Assembly (NCBI GenBank): GCA_044892525.1
Contig: CM097886.1
Span: 34,410,001 to 34,474,000 of the forward strand
Length of the DNA: 64,000 nt
Reading direction: 5' to 3'
Source: Schmidtea polychroa
Taxonomy: Eukaryota
Shown: positions 1-10,923 of the stretch, one piece after another
How the letters are laid out: every line of letters begins with the position of its first letter
Numbering within the stretch: the first letter of the stretch is position 1
The notes under the pieces: generated by a model
The model's database searches: none
Told to the model about the DNA's origin: nothing
What the model saw: only the letters and a program-made list of their open reading frames with translations
Position numbers and translations under genes: made by a program

Positions 1-1
1 T

Positions 2-3000
2 ATAGAAATAATGAAGAGTATTGATTGGAAAACCGACATTGAGCCATTAATTTTATTCATGAAAAAGCAGACTGACTTTAATGATAAGCAGTTAGCTGAA
101 ATATTTTCATCTTGTCCTCGAATTTTCCGTGTAAGCTTTAGATTAGTCTACCGCATAAAAAACCATTTCCAATCTATTTAGGTATCAAAAGTTGAAATTC
201 AACAGTTATTTGACTATTTAATAAATCGCAAATTGAAAACGTCTGATTTGGTGACAATTTTTCATATAAAACCCTCATTAATAACTTGTAATAAAACTGA
301 AATCGAAAAACAATTTGAAGAACTGGAGGAATCAATGGGTCTAACAAGTTACTCTTATTTGTATTATTATTACGTGATTGGCTTTTTATGACTAGAATCG
401 GAAATGAATCATTTGATTTATAAGTACCCCGCTATTTTGATGGAGAATATTCATAAATTAAAAGTAAAATAACAATAAAATAAAAGGGAGATAAAAATAA
501 ATCTCTATTATATTTTAGGCCAATATAAAAAATTTGAGAATAGGACACGGATTTTCAGAAGTGGAATTGAGAAAAATCATCATTGGTTCGCCAGAAATAT
601 TGCTGCAAAGTAAGACTCTGGTTATCCGTAATAAATGAGCTGATTCCGATAAACTGATTTTTGAAACCATTATTATTTCAATTTTTTACTTCGATTTTCT
701 CTTCCAATTTTTCTCCAAAATATTCTTTAAATTCACCAGTCAGTTCGATGTTGTTTCCAATTCATAGGCTTTATTATTGGGCCTCAACTTTAGCTGATTC
801 TTCAAATTGATGAGATGAATTTTTAACATCCAAATCTTAATATTTTTCTACTCACTAACTTTTAATAGTTAAACGAAATGTTAAGGGGATTCTTTATTCT
901 AATTCGCTGAGAAAAGTAATGCAGGAGATATCGTCTGTTTTACTGTACTTGATACTTTATATTATTTTGAATGTTTAATATGTAATTTAATTATGTGGAC
1001 AATGACAAATTCACTATTTATACTGTTTATTTTTGTTGGATTTTTAACGTTAAAATTTTGTTTTCTCTCCGGATTCCTTCTGTTTCTTCCACAAGAAAAC
1101 TTTCAGCAATATATTTGAAACTTTTTTTTATAACTATATTATTTCCCCGTTCTAATTTGNNNNNNNNNNNNNNNNNNNNNNNNNNNNNNNNNNNNNNNNN
1201 NNNNNNNNNNNNNNNNNNNNNNNNNNNNNNNNNNNNNNNNNNNNNNNNNNNNNNNNNNNNNNNNNNNNNNNNNNNNNNNNNNNNNNNNNNNNNNNNNNNN
1301 NTATTTATTATTATTTATGATTTTTATNNNNNNNNNNNNNNNNNNNNNNNNNNNNNNNNNNNNNNNNNNNNNNNNNNNNNNNNNNNNNNNNNNNNNNNNN
1401 NNNNNNNNNNNNNNNNNNNNNNNNNNNNNNNNNNNNNNNNNNNNNNNNNNNNNNNNNNNNNNNNNNNNNNNNNNNNNNNNNNNNNNNNNNNNNNNNNNNN
1501 NNNNNNNNNNNNNNNNNNNNNNNNNNNNNNNNNNNNNNNNNNNNNNNNNNNNNNNNNNNNNNNNNNNNNNNNNNNNNNNNNNNNNNNNNNNNNNNNNNNN
1601 NNNNNNNNNNNNNAGACTATAAATCAGTAATATATCGATGTTTGTTGATACTCACGAATTTTCGGCACTGCCTTTTTCAAGTGAATTTCATTTGATTATC
1701 TTGAGCGCCACAAATAAAGCAAGCTATATAAAGAGAAACTGACACAAATTGAGAGATAAAATTTAGACGACAAATTAGACAGAGTCGGACGAAACGTTAT
1801 TGGAAAAAAGATTTGTGAAGAGTAATTGTAAAGAAAATAATTGTGAAGAATAATTGTTGGAGAAGATTTGAAGAAAAAAATTAGTTTAAAAATTAAACGT
1901 ATTGAGTATTTGAATAAAGTTGTGAAGAATGTCAAAGAAAACAACCAGCTGAAAGTCCCAGTTGATAAGCCAATCAGTAATTAGTGATCTTTCAATCCAG
2001 TGTTATACACAAGTGCTATTTCTCACTTAGCATTTTATTCTCACCAAGCAGAGTGTTGAATTGATTGTCAGTGTAAAGTGAAAGTTATTTATGATTATCA
2101 ATAAAGATTTCTGTTGTCAAGTGTTATTTGTGGATCAGTCAAAGACACGTTTGGAGTCAAAGAAACAATTCATTAAATTTAAATTTTATCACCAACCCAC
2201 TAACCCAACAAGGTTCTCAAGCGATCACTACTGTGGTATTGAAATAAAATTTTTTGCAACGGAGATGCGACTCATCGCAGAAAACTTCACCAAACATCTC
2301 AAGCTGTGTTAATGCGAAAGTAGGCCTTTTTGAAAACTCCCGTCAATTTATATTCTCTCGACCATTTTTATTATTGCTCAATAAATAGCCTTTTTGGAAA
2401 TGAATGAAAAAGTTATTTCTGATCACCGTGTATAGTTTAACCGTTACGCTGCTGAAATGGTTGAAGAGACATACTACGCGTCAATTTATTGACTCTCCGC
2501 AGTCTAACGATTAACTTATATTACAGAACACTAAATGAAAAATATAATATCATATAATATTTCAGTAACCTAACTCAACGACTTTAAATCAGGCTTGACA
2601 TTTTCATTATTACAATTATACATTACTATTTATGTTTTGTTACTATTTTTTATTTATTGCTTATTTAACTTTTAAATATAAATTATTTAAACATAATTTT
2701 TTCCTTTCATGTCAAATATTAAAAATTATTGATCGGATCACTTAGATCACAAAGTATTTTAAAATTTAAACAATTTTTGAATAAATTGTGTAGAAATTGA
2801 GACTGTCAATCAAAACTTTATTTTCCTGAATCGAACACTCAACATTTCTTATGAGGATATTGCTAACAGTTCAAAAGCACTTGCACTGGGTCGATCAAAA
2901 CTGATCGAAAGAGTTAAATATTTGATCTCCTTGAATAAATATCCAATTATTTCTAATGAGTATATAAAAGTTGTATATTTTATTAGGATATTAAGTTTTT

Positions 3001-3119
3001 CGTTTAGGCCTTCACATATTTATATAAATTCAATTGCAGAGGGGACCGATTTGGAATTTATTAAAAACATAGCTCTCACTTCGATTTCTGAATTCAGAGC
3101 ATTCATAAAAACATTGTAA
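2..3119 (+). CDS. MTERF3: Mitochondrial transcription termination factor family protein (MTERF3-like), 5'-partial, spliced
   Basis: Exons approx. <2-130, 182-346, 395-468, 519-609, 2794-2959 and 3008-3119 join with GT..AG introns into mTERF repeats (PLILFMK..QLAEIFSSCPRIF; LIYKYPAILM; GFSEVELRKIIIGSPEILL). The C-terminus SEFRAFIKTL* resembles the metazoan MTERF3 end (FLKTL*). Confidence 0.75.
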
Positions 3120-3249
3120 AATTTTTAAATAAATAATCATTGACTGTATTTTTGAGTTTTTAATTTTCCTCGAACAATTATAAATGTTTGAAAAACTGAT
3201 TTTTTTCTTAAGGAATTCTTATTTCTCACTTTCAACTTCTGGTACATGT

Positions 3250-3568
3250 TGTGACCCGTCAAAATAGCCCCGACAAAGCATTTATTATTGAAATAAAGCT
3301 ATTGGAGTTGTTAACATTTATTATTTATGCAATAAAAAATTAAATGGTCAGATTGTAAGCAACTCTGTGAAGATATTCAAGACATTCTGTGTCATCGTCA
3401 GTTTGAACTAGATTACTGAGACGTCGATTCAGTCGTACGTATTTAGCCTTCGATGCTTCCGGTTGTCTTTTGCCAGCCCGGAAACGGGCTATTTCAATCT
3501 CTACTTTATCCTGTTCTTTTCGAAACTGTCCAATGAGTTGTTTTGTCGGGCTATTTTGACGGGGTACC
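3250..3568 (-). mobile_element. Small non-autonomous Mutator-like (MULE) element with transposase C-terminal fragment
   Basis: About 24-bp near-perfect inverted repeats (3254-3277 vs about 3542-3565), flanked by a 9-bp direct repeat GGTACATGT (3241-3249, 3569-3577). Internal reading LIGQFRKEQ..KYVRLNRRLSNLV..YLHRVAYNL resembles the C-terminus of animal MULE transposases. Confidence 0.65.
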
Positions 3569-3935
3569 GGTACATGTATGTTCAATTAAAATCAAATCTC
3601 TTCTTATAGATCTTATAGATCTTAAAATTTTATTTTTTGATTGTTTCACTGCAGAGGTCGTTTTGTGAAAATTGCACAGCTAACCAATTAATTAAAACTG
3701 ATAGTAGGTGCTGACGATAATTAGTCACATAATTTTTTAATAATTTTGGAATTTCGTCTATTTTTTTTGCTAAAACACACTTCCACATACATAATATTAA
3801 TAGAATAATATATTAATAGCCAAATGGTTTAGGATTTTTATTTGGTACCATTTGGAGTACTACGTTTGTCACCTTAATTTTCAATATTTCCTAAGGTTCT
3901 TTAGCTTTTTTTATTAATTTTGGTGATTATCCCTT

Positions 3936-6900
3936 TGCTGGGGTAGTGCTCGATTGACCTCAACTCATTTACGCACCTGTCTAGGAGATGAGTGTCCATT
4001 CATTTACGCTAAGTGTGCTTACGTCAATCCGGAGCAAGACCCCGCACAACTTGTATTCCAACATAGCACCCGTGAATTACTCCACGTTGGAAATGTGCTA
4101 TGCCGGCGAGACACCAGTAAGCAGGTGAGCCCCTACCTTAGGACTACTCCTTACTGAGGCCTCGACTTCCTTTTTCTGACGGCCGATGGAAGGGCTTACG
4201 TCTGATCACTCCACCATTTCCTTCCCCACCTGACACCGAGTTGTATACAGATTGTCTAAGGCTTTTCGAACTAAAGTTTGCGCCTGGGTTGTAAAAACTA
4301 CTCTGCACCTTTATAATGGCTAATCAAACAAAACTAACAATAAGAAATGACGAAAATTCCTTTATTCTACTATCATAGTGCGTTATACAGTTAAAACTAC
4401 AGGACTAATATAAATCAAGGGAAGACGGTTTACGAGAACATATAAGTCAGAATCGTTCAATTTACTAAACATGATCGATGTAGTTGCATTGGATCGAGAT
4501 CTTTACTTTTCCCATTCTGCGTCGGCTAACAGCTCCTCCAGCTCGAAGAATTCGGAGGCATTCTCCTCCCAAGTTACACCAGCGGCGGAGATGATTCGCC
4601 CTGGGATCCCTACGGTTAAATCGATCGTTACAGGGGGATCGTTCGAAGTACTGGAGAGCTCGGCGGATAGTCCACTTTGTTTGGCGATTGCTCGTTCGCG
4701 CTGACGCTTTTTACGCTCAGCTCTGGACAACTGTCGACGCTTGGGTTTTGGAACAATCAGGGTGTTTGATAGGACGACAGAAGAAGATGCGGTCGATGGT
4801 AACCCTTTCTGGGCTCCAATGGGAGACACTACGGCTGGCCTGGGAGAGAGGTCGGCCTCTACGCATTCCCGGCAGGGCTTCTTGGCTGAAGATGACGAAT
4901 TTGAAGGAAGTTCATGATGGACGGGGAAGAGGTCGTCCGCTCCATTGATGGGTATACTCACTATCTTCCTAGTCGCTGCCGCTTGAACGTAGACCTTGTG
5001 TAGAGCCTCGGACTGTTCTTTGATAAGACTGCGTTGGGCCCTACTCTCGCTGATTAAGGCGTCGCGACAGTGCTCGCTTCGGTACAATTTCTTTTGTACC
5101 TCCTTCATTTGTACTGGACTAAACCACGTACCTTCCAGATGGTCGATCGCCTTCTTGTATCTACCGATCTGGGCCTGTAAATCCCTGATTATAGTATTTT
5201 TATCTGAGCAGGAGAAGCAGGGTTTGAGGGATGATCTCGAGTTGGGCAACATTTCTTCGGTAGCTAAAATGAAGACAGGATAATGTTGATTAAACGAAAA
5301 TTTACTACATTCACTAATCCATCAACGTGGCGGCATTCCTTATCAAGGGCCTGACCATCCCCCCATTACACCCACGGGCCAAGGACTTTACGAAGAAAGG
5401 GGACGGAAGAGTTAAAATGACTGTCAGCAAAATTCAGTTGGATCGATGTTACATCCGCAAATAACCGGTGTTTGGGCATTAGTAAATCTATCTCCCTTCC
5501 CTTTATTGCGACCACGATAATTATAGCGTCGAGTTAGGTAACTTAACAATACGAGAGTGTAGTCTACATGTGACTTCGTCATCATCTGGATAATTTGGAC
5601 AGATCAGATATGGAGGAGTAATAACTTGATTAAAGATTCGTACATCTAATCCTAATTACAATATTTAAGTTTGCTCTAATTCAGCATATTTGTGATTATA
5701 ACAAATTAGAAATCGAATGTACATTGCCCATCTGATTAGTTACACTATTAATACTCTCTACCAGTTTGATAACTATTCTGGTTATGTGAGACATCAAATG
5801 CGGACCGTCTGCTGTATGTATTATCAGTGACTGATGCGATATTCAGATTATTAATCGATGTTGGATTTACTATGTCCGGGTGATGGGAGTCGATTCTATC
5901 GTTACTGGTGATTAAATTGTGCATTCACCCTGACTGTGCAATCTACGTGAGTATTCTACCGGCTATCTCATATGTTAGCGTGAATTTATGCAGGTGTTTC
6001 TACTCGTAAGTGATTATCTAATCCTAATCATGATGTACGTGTAGTCAGATTGTGCTTGCTCGTTGTACGCATTCGTGCTCTATGTTAGTCACTGAACTTG
6101 AAATCTGTATTTCTGTTGGGATTTAATCATTTAGTGTTGATATAATCTACTGGCTAATTCCCATTGCACGTGGAATATGGAATTCTATATTATGTTGCAT
6201 TTCCCGCCTTCAGGTTCGGATATCTCACTCAGTGGATGTATTTTATCAATTAACTCAAAGAAACCTCATCTTGGTGACGTCCAACAAAGGTAATTTCCTG
6301 AAAATACTTGTCGGGTTTCTACTACCAATCATCCGGAATGGCATTATTTAATAAAAACTAAAAATCCTTTGTGGAATTTCATTTTTAATTAACCACGTCT
6401 TATGACTTTATTTTGTGCATTTAATAGGTTATGAGTCGGAGGTCTCTTACCGATTGGCTTTCAGGCTACGGTGATCAGAAATCTGGACAGAACTAACTAA
6501 TTTTTATAAGAAAATCAAATGTCCTTCGAGATGTTTTTGCATTAAATCAGGTGACTAGAAATTTTCAGTTATATGCCTACACCAATTTGTGACCTCAGAG
6601 TGAGTCTATCAATGTTCTAGTTGTTTCGTTTAAAACGGGAATTGAACGAATTTTTGGTAGCAAGACAATTTACCGCGAGATGTTAAAGCGTCGACTAATG
6701 CGAATTTACGATTTGGACTAATTCATAATGTCAAATGAACTTTTTAACGCATAGCGTTGAGGAAAGATAAGTTTTCTTAGTAGGAATTGCAGTCATCTCA
6801 GTCATTGTCTATCATGGCCACATTCATTGTTTAGAGTCTGAAACCGGTCTCACTTCACACCTGACTATTTGCCTATAATAATTTAAGTCCTTCAGCGACG

Positions 6901-7842
6901 GACCCGTGAGGAAGCCCCCACATTCCGGCCCACGTCAGCTGCGTGATTGAAGAAGTCTGTACCCACCGGCTGAGCTCCCGAAGGCTCCTCACACCATGGT
7001 ACAGGTTTCCTCAACTCCACGTTACTCAACCATAATTTTCATATAAATTCCATAAAATCGAAATCATCATGCATAGTTATCTATCATAAAAGGGTTTAAA
7101 TTTCATCACTAAAAATACTTAATTATTAATATATGAGACCAAATGGAGAGAACATTAAAATTTTATTAAAATTATGATAATAAACATTATTACTATTAAC
7201 CTCCATGAGAACATTTACTTAAATTCATAATAAGAATACATCCTTACTTTATTCTTTATCGATCTGTGATCTCGAAAGGCTGAGTCGAAAAGCTGAATTC
7301 GGTATTTGCACTGAGTTGAAAATCTAATTGTCCCTGATAGTCGCTTAGGTTGTACGTCGGTGATCGTCTGTAATGGTTGGGTGTTGATCTGTAATGGTGT
7401 TTGTTAAACAGTAAATTTTAAATTATGAGCTTACCTGTAATGGTGTTTGTTAAACAGTAATTATATTGAATTTGCTGTTTGCTTATATAGGAATTTTTTG
7501 TTTATGCGGACCAATCAAAATTGAGTACCGCTTTAACTTTTAAATTAATTTGTTTTTCTTATTTCTTTGGTTGTTTTTCCTTATTTTTCTTTATTTTAAT
7601 ATATTTTTTTTTGTTTCTTAAATTCCTCATTATTTGTTGCATTTTTCGTCATTTTATTCCTTATCTTATTACCTTATTTTAATTTTTCTATTTTTTATTT
7701 TTTGTTTTAATCTTAATATTTTACGTTATTGTTTTCTTTTGTCTCTTGATTTATTTATTTTAGCACTTTGTGGTCTTATTTTATTTGTTCGTGTCTTATC
7801 TGTCCTAAATTTGACGATTATGCTTTTCGACTCAGCCCAACA
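3936..7842 (-). repeat. 3' LTR (3,907 bp)
   Basis: Minus strand begins TGTTGGG and ends CCCCAGCA. Matches 29541-33447 except substitutions seen at 4284/29889 and 7442/33047. Confidence 0.96.
4503..5252 (-). CDS. LTR-encoded ORF, 249 aa (3' LTR copy), unknown function
   Basis: Open frame with CxxC (CFSC), coiled coil, second CxxC (CREC), basic NLS-like PKPKRR..RKKRQRER and acidic-aromatic C-terminus. Acceptor-like TTCATTTTAG 11 nt before the ATG; AATAAA at 4366-4361 followed by a GT-rich tract. Confidence 0.7.
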   Translation of the reverse strand: MLPNSRSSLKPCFSCSDKNTIIRDLQAQIGRYKKAIDHLEGTWFSPVQMKEVQKKLYRSEHCRDALISESRAQRSLIKEQSEALHKVYVQAAATRKIVSIPINGADDLFPVHHELPSNSSSSAKKPCRECVEADLSPRPAVVSPIGAQKGLPSTASSSVVLSNTLIVPKPKRRQLSRAERKKRQRERAIAKQSGLSAELSSTSNDPPVTIDLTVGIPGRIISAAGVTWEENASEFFELEELLADAEWEK

Positions 7843-8115
7843 AATCACTCGGGGACCCGATAAAATTGCGTCCCGCAATTACATACTTGAGCTATTCTTA
7901 CTTTCTCATAAAAAGATAAACACATTCATAAAAAGATAACATAGTGATTAACAAAATTATAAACATCAATAGAATTTTATTAATAAGATATAGGTCAAAT
8001 CAAGACCAAGCAGGCATCACTTATGGTGATGGTTTATATACACAGAAGTTCACACCAGTTAATGTTTTACAGTTCACACTAGATAATGTTTTAAATCAGT
8101 ACTGGCATTGTTTTA

Positions 8116-8760
8116 TTACTCTGCTGACTCTGACTGGGGTTGTTGGTACATTTTAGGCTCGATGTTGTAGTAGGCCGGACGACTGGTTGAGGGTTTGGGA
8201 GATTCTTGGTTGGTTAATCTGAGTGGACTTGTATTTTGAGTGATGTTGGAAAGTTCGACCGAATTTTTCTGGGTAGCCTTGGATTTCGGTTGTTGGCATT
8301 TTTTCTTGAATTCGAGGATTTCTAAGAAGGTTATTAGACATAATAGGCTTGTTTCGGCGATCACCACATATAGAAGGTAGTGGGTGTCGCCTTGTTCTGG
8401 GGATTTTTCGATTTTTTCAGGTTCGGAATTTTCCTGTCGTATTTGCACTTCTAGTTGATCTAGGTGATGGATTTGTTCTATCATCACCTTATTTATTTTT
8501 CTACACAGGAGGTTTCCTTGGCACATTACTCGGATATTGTCCATGTAGGTTCGGGTTGAACGGATGTTGTCTATGATTTTGCTCTTTACCATGGTATGGC
8601 ATCTCGGTTTAGGTGATTCGGATTGGGTTTTCGAGTTCTTTCTTCGGTGATCTCGGAGGCTATCTATTTGGGGGTTACTCTGTGGCTTGCTCATCAGATT
8701 GTTAGCCAGTATTATCAAGGTGATTGTCACTCCCCACCGCATTATACTGTTATACATCAA
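8116..8760 (-). CDS. Element accessory ORF, predicted type I membrane protein (about 208-214 aa)
   Basis: N-terminal hydrophobic MRWGVTITLIILANNLMS, internal TM-like YLLYVVIAETSLLCLITFLEIL, polar tail. AATAAA overlaps the stop. Confidence 0.65.
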   Translation of the reverse strand: MMYNSIMRWGVTITLIILANNLMSKPQSNPQIDSLRDHRRKNSKTQSESPKPRCHTMVKSKIIDNIRSTRTYMDNIRVMCQGNLLCRKINKVMIEQIHHLDQLEVQIRQENSEPEKIEKSPEQGDTHYLLYVVIAETSLLCLITFLEILEFKKKCQQPKSKATQKNSVELSNITQNTSPLRLTNQESPKPSTSRPAYYNIEPKMYQQPQSESAE

Positions 8761-8796
8761 ACATTTAATTTATTTACAATTGTCGACGTTCTTTTG

Positions 8797-9498
8797 TTAA
8801 TCGTCTTTCTTTTGGGGGTCGTTTTCGGTGATTCTCATTAGGATGGTCTCTGCCTTAATGACCCGATGTCTTAATTCCGGCATCATCTCTAATTGCCGAT
8901 CTTTTTCACGGGCTTCCCGTTTTAGGTGTCTTATCTCCTTTTTTAGTTTGCTTATTTCTTCTCGTTTCTTGTCAAGATTTCTTTTTAACTCGATTTTTAG
9001 GAAATCTTGTTCGTTCTCCTGTGGAGGGTTTCGTTGTTGTTGTTGTCTCTCAATTTCTTTGTATTTGCGAATCCATTTCTTCATTCCTTCACTTTCTTGT
9101 TGACTTTCTTGCAATTGTTTCTCTAGTTCCTCTATGGTTGCTTGCCGTTCTCGCGCCTCAGTCTTCCAATAATCGCTAATCACTTCGTCTGCCTTTCTAC
9201 TGGCCCTTTCTTGCCATAATTCTTCCGCAATCTTCTCCCAATTTCTTCCTCGTTTTCGTTGTTCTTGCAGCCATTCGTTTTCCCCTTCTGTTTCTCTTTT
9301 TACTTCCCCTAGCACTCTGCATTCTTTCTTTAGTATCTTTATTATTTATCGATCTTCTATGTATTTGTTTACCAGTCTCTCGTTTTCGCACTTTTCTTCT
9401 CGCAACTCTGCTTCTAGCGTTTGTGTTTCTGTTGTTTCTGTTACAATTTCTCCTTCTTCCTCGTCGCTCGTGATTTCTATCATTTCCTCGATTTTCAT
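8797..9498 (-). pseudogene. Element coiled-coil ORF interrupted by one in-frame TAA (9346-9348)
   Basis: ORFs 9346..9552 and 8797..9315 are in the same frame, separated only by TAA and 10 sense codons (IIKILKKECR). E/K/R/Q-rich throughout. Confidence 0.6.
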
Positions 9499-9673
9499 AT
9501 CTATAATATGTACAGTTAATGGTGCGCTATAGTGCGACTTATACGTATACATTTATATAAAATTTAATAGTTTGGGTTACAGTCCCTTGGATACTTTTAC
9601 AATACTTAAATTTTTTTTTTGTTTGTTTGGGATATACGTCCCGGTTTTTTGTTTTTTATCTTTTTATCCACCC

Positions 9674-10729
9674 TTATACGAAGGTTTCCTCCTGGCCTAC
9701 ATAACCTTCATCACTATCGACCGCGGGATGTAACTGTATCGCAATAGGGTCGTATGGTAGGTAATATTGGGGAATTTGAGCTCTCAACTCATTAATTTCG
9801 TCTCTTAGAGCTCGAGTGATGTTCAGCTCTTCGTCGAGCAGGTAGGTGAGGTACCTTGTCTCTTCGTCTTTCATCTCTATTTGTCTATCTAGGGCCTTGA
9901 TTTTCTCGTCGCCTTTCCATTTTTCAATTTCTATTTCCAAGTTTTTGATGTTTTCGGTGTACATTTTCCTTTCGTTTTCTAATTTTCTGTTTTTCCCAGC
10001 TAGGACCATGTTTCTTTGTTCCAGCGATCCTTGTAATCCATTAAGGTCTCTTTTCATCTCTTCTACCTGATTTACTAATTCCACAACCCGTCCTGCTTGT
10101 TGGGTTATCATCTCTTCCATTGCGGCATTCTCGTGCTCTCTTATGTCGCATTTTATTGCCAAATGTCGCTCAAACTCCATAGCCTTTGTCTGCCAGGTTT
10201 GACTTCGGGCGGCGACCTTTCTCAACCGTTTCAATTCTTCCTTTATTATTAAATTCTCCTCCCATTTACCTTGTTCGCTTTCATATCCGAGTCTCATGGG
10301 CATTTCTTTCATCTCTTTTTTCATTTCACTGTTTTGTCTTTTCCATTTTCTCGCTTCTGCCACTAAGTGCATCATTTTCCTTCCTTCTATTTGCTTTTCC
10401 GCTTCGCGCTTGGTGTTCTCATCGGTAAGTCTCTTTCTCGCTTCCTGCACTAGCTGCTTTAAGTAGTGGCTGTGCGCTTCTTGGCGGGTATTTTCTAGTG
10501 ACGCCCATTTTGATGCTCTTTTGCATGCTTCTGCTTCCGCTCTTAAGTTGTGTATTAACCATTGGTATTGACTATTCTCATCCTCTCTAGCTTCTTCGAT
10601 GTGATTTCGGGTGAGATTAGTTAGTTGGAACATTACTTTGTTCCATTTTTTGTTATGTTCTCGGGGAATTTGTGTCTTGTTGACATTGGTTGGGGCTATC
10701 GCAGTTTCGGTTATTTTCTCTTGTGTCAT
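9674..10729 (-). CDS. Element accessory ORF, 351-aa coiled-coil protein
   Basis: Long E/K/R/M-rich helical ORF with the same purine-rich strand bias as the polyprotein. TTTAG|AG immediately before the ATG. Confidence 0.75.
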   Translation of the reverse strand: MTQEKITETAIAPTNVNKTQIPREHNKKWNKVMFQLTNLTRNHIEEAREDENSQYQWLIHNLRAEAEACKRASKWASLENTRQEAHSHYLKQLVQEARKRLTDENTKREAEKQIEGRKMMHLVAEARKWKRQNSEMKKEMKEMPMRLGYESEQGKWEENLIIKEELKRLRKVAARSQTWQTKAMEFERHLAIKCDIREHENAAMEEMITQQAGRVVELVNQVEEMKRDLNGLQGSLEQRNMVLAGKNRKLENERKMYTENIKNLEIEIEKWKGDEKIKALDRQIEMKDEETRYLTYLLDEELNITRALRDEINELRAQIPQYYLPYDPIAIQLHPAVDSDEGYVGQEETFV

Positions 10730-10923
10730 CTCTAAATCATAGACATCGATTAATCTTTTTATTATGAAAAAGGAATTTATTCATTATTTACTATTTCTTT
10801 GGAAATTTTCGCATCATTTTTGGGTTTTCGTATTTAGGGTTTTTCATACTATTATTATATAATATTTTATTGGTTATATACACCGATATATACAGATTAT
10901 TATATACAACATTATTCGATGGG

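Noticed and set aside
995-1630. ORF-track entries spanning N runs (also 47781, 53632, 54347, 59123 etc.)
   Set aside because: Open only because of assembly gaps.
3954-5283. Short plus-strand ORFs in the LTR (3954, 4471, 4688, 4996 and their copies)
   Set aside because: Antisense shadows or short frames with no motifs.
5520-6360. Dense GT..AG-like signals about 45 nt apart on the plus strand of the LTR, suggesting an antisense micro-intron gene
   Set aside because: I could not build a phase-consistent open frame; may be chance or a non-coding RNA.
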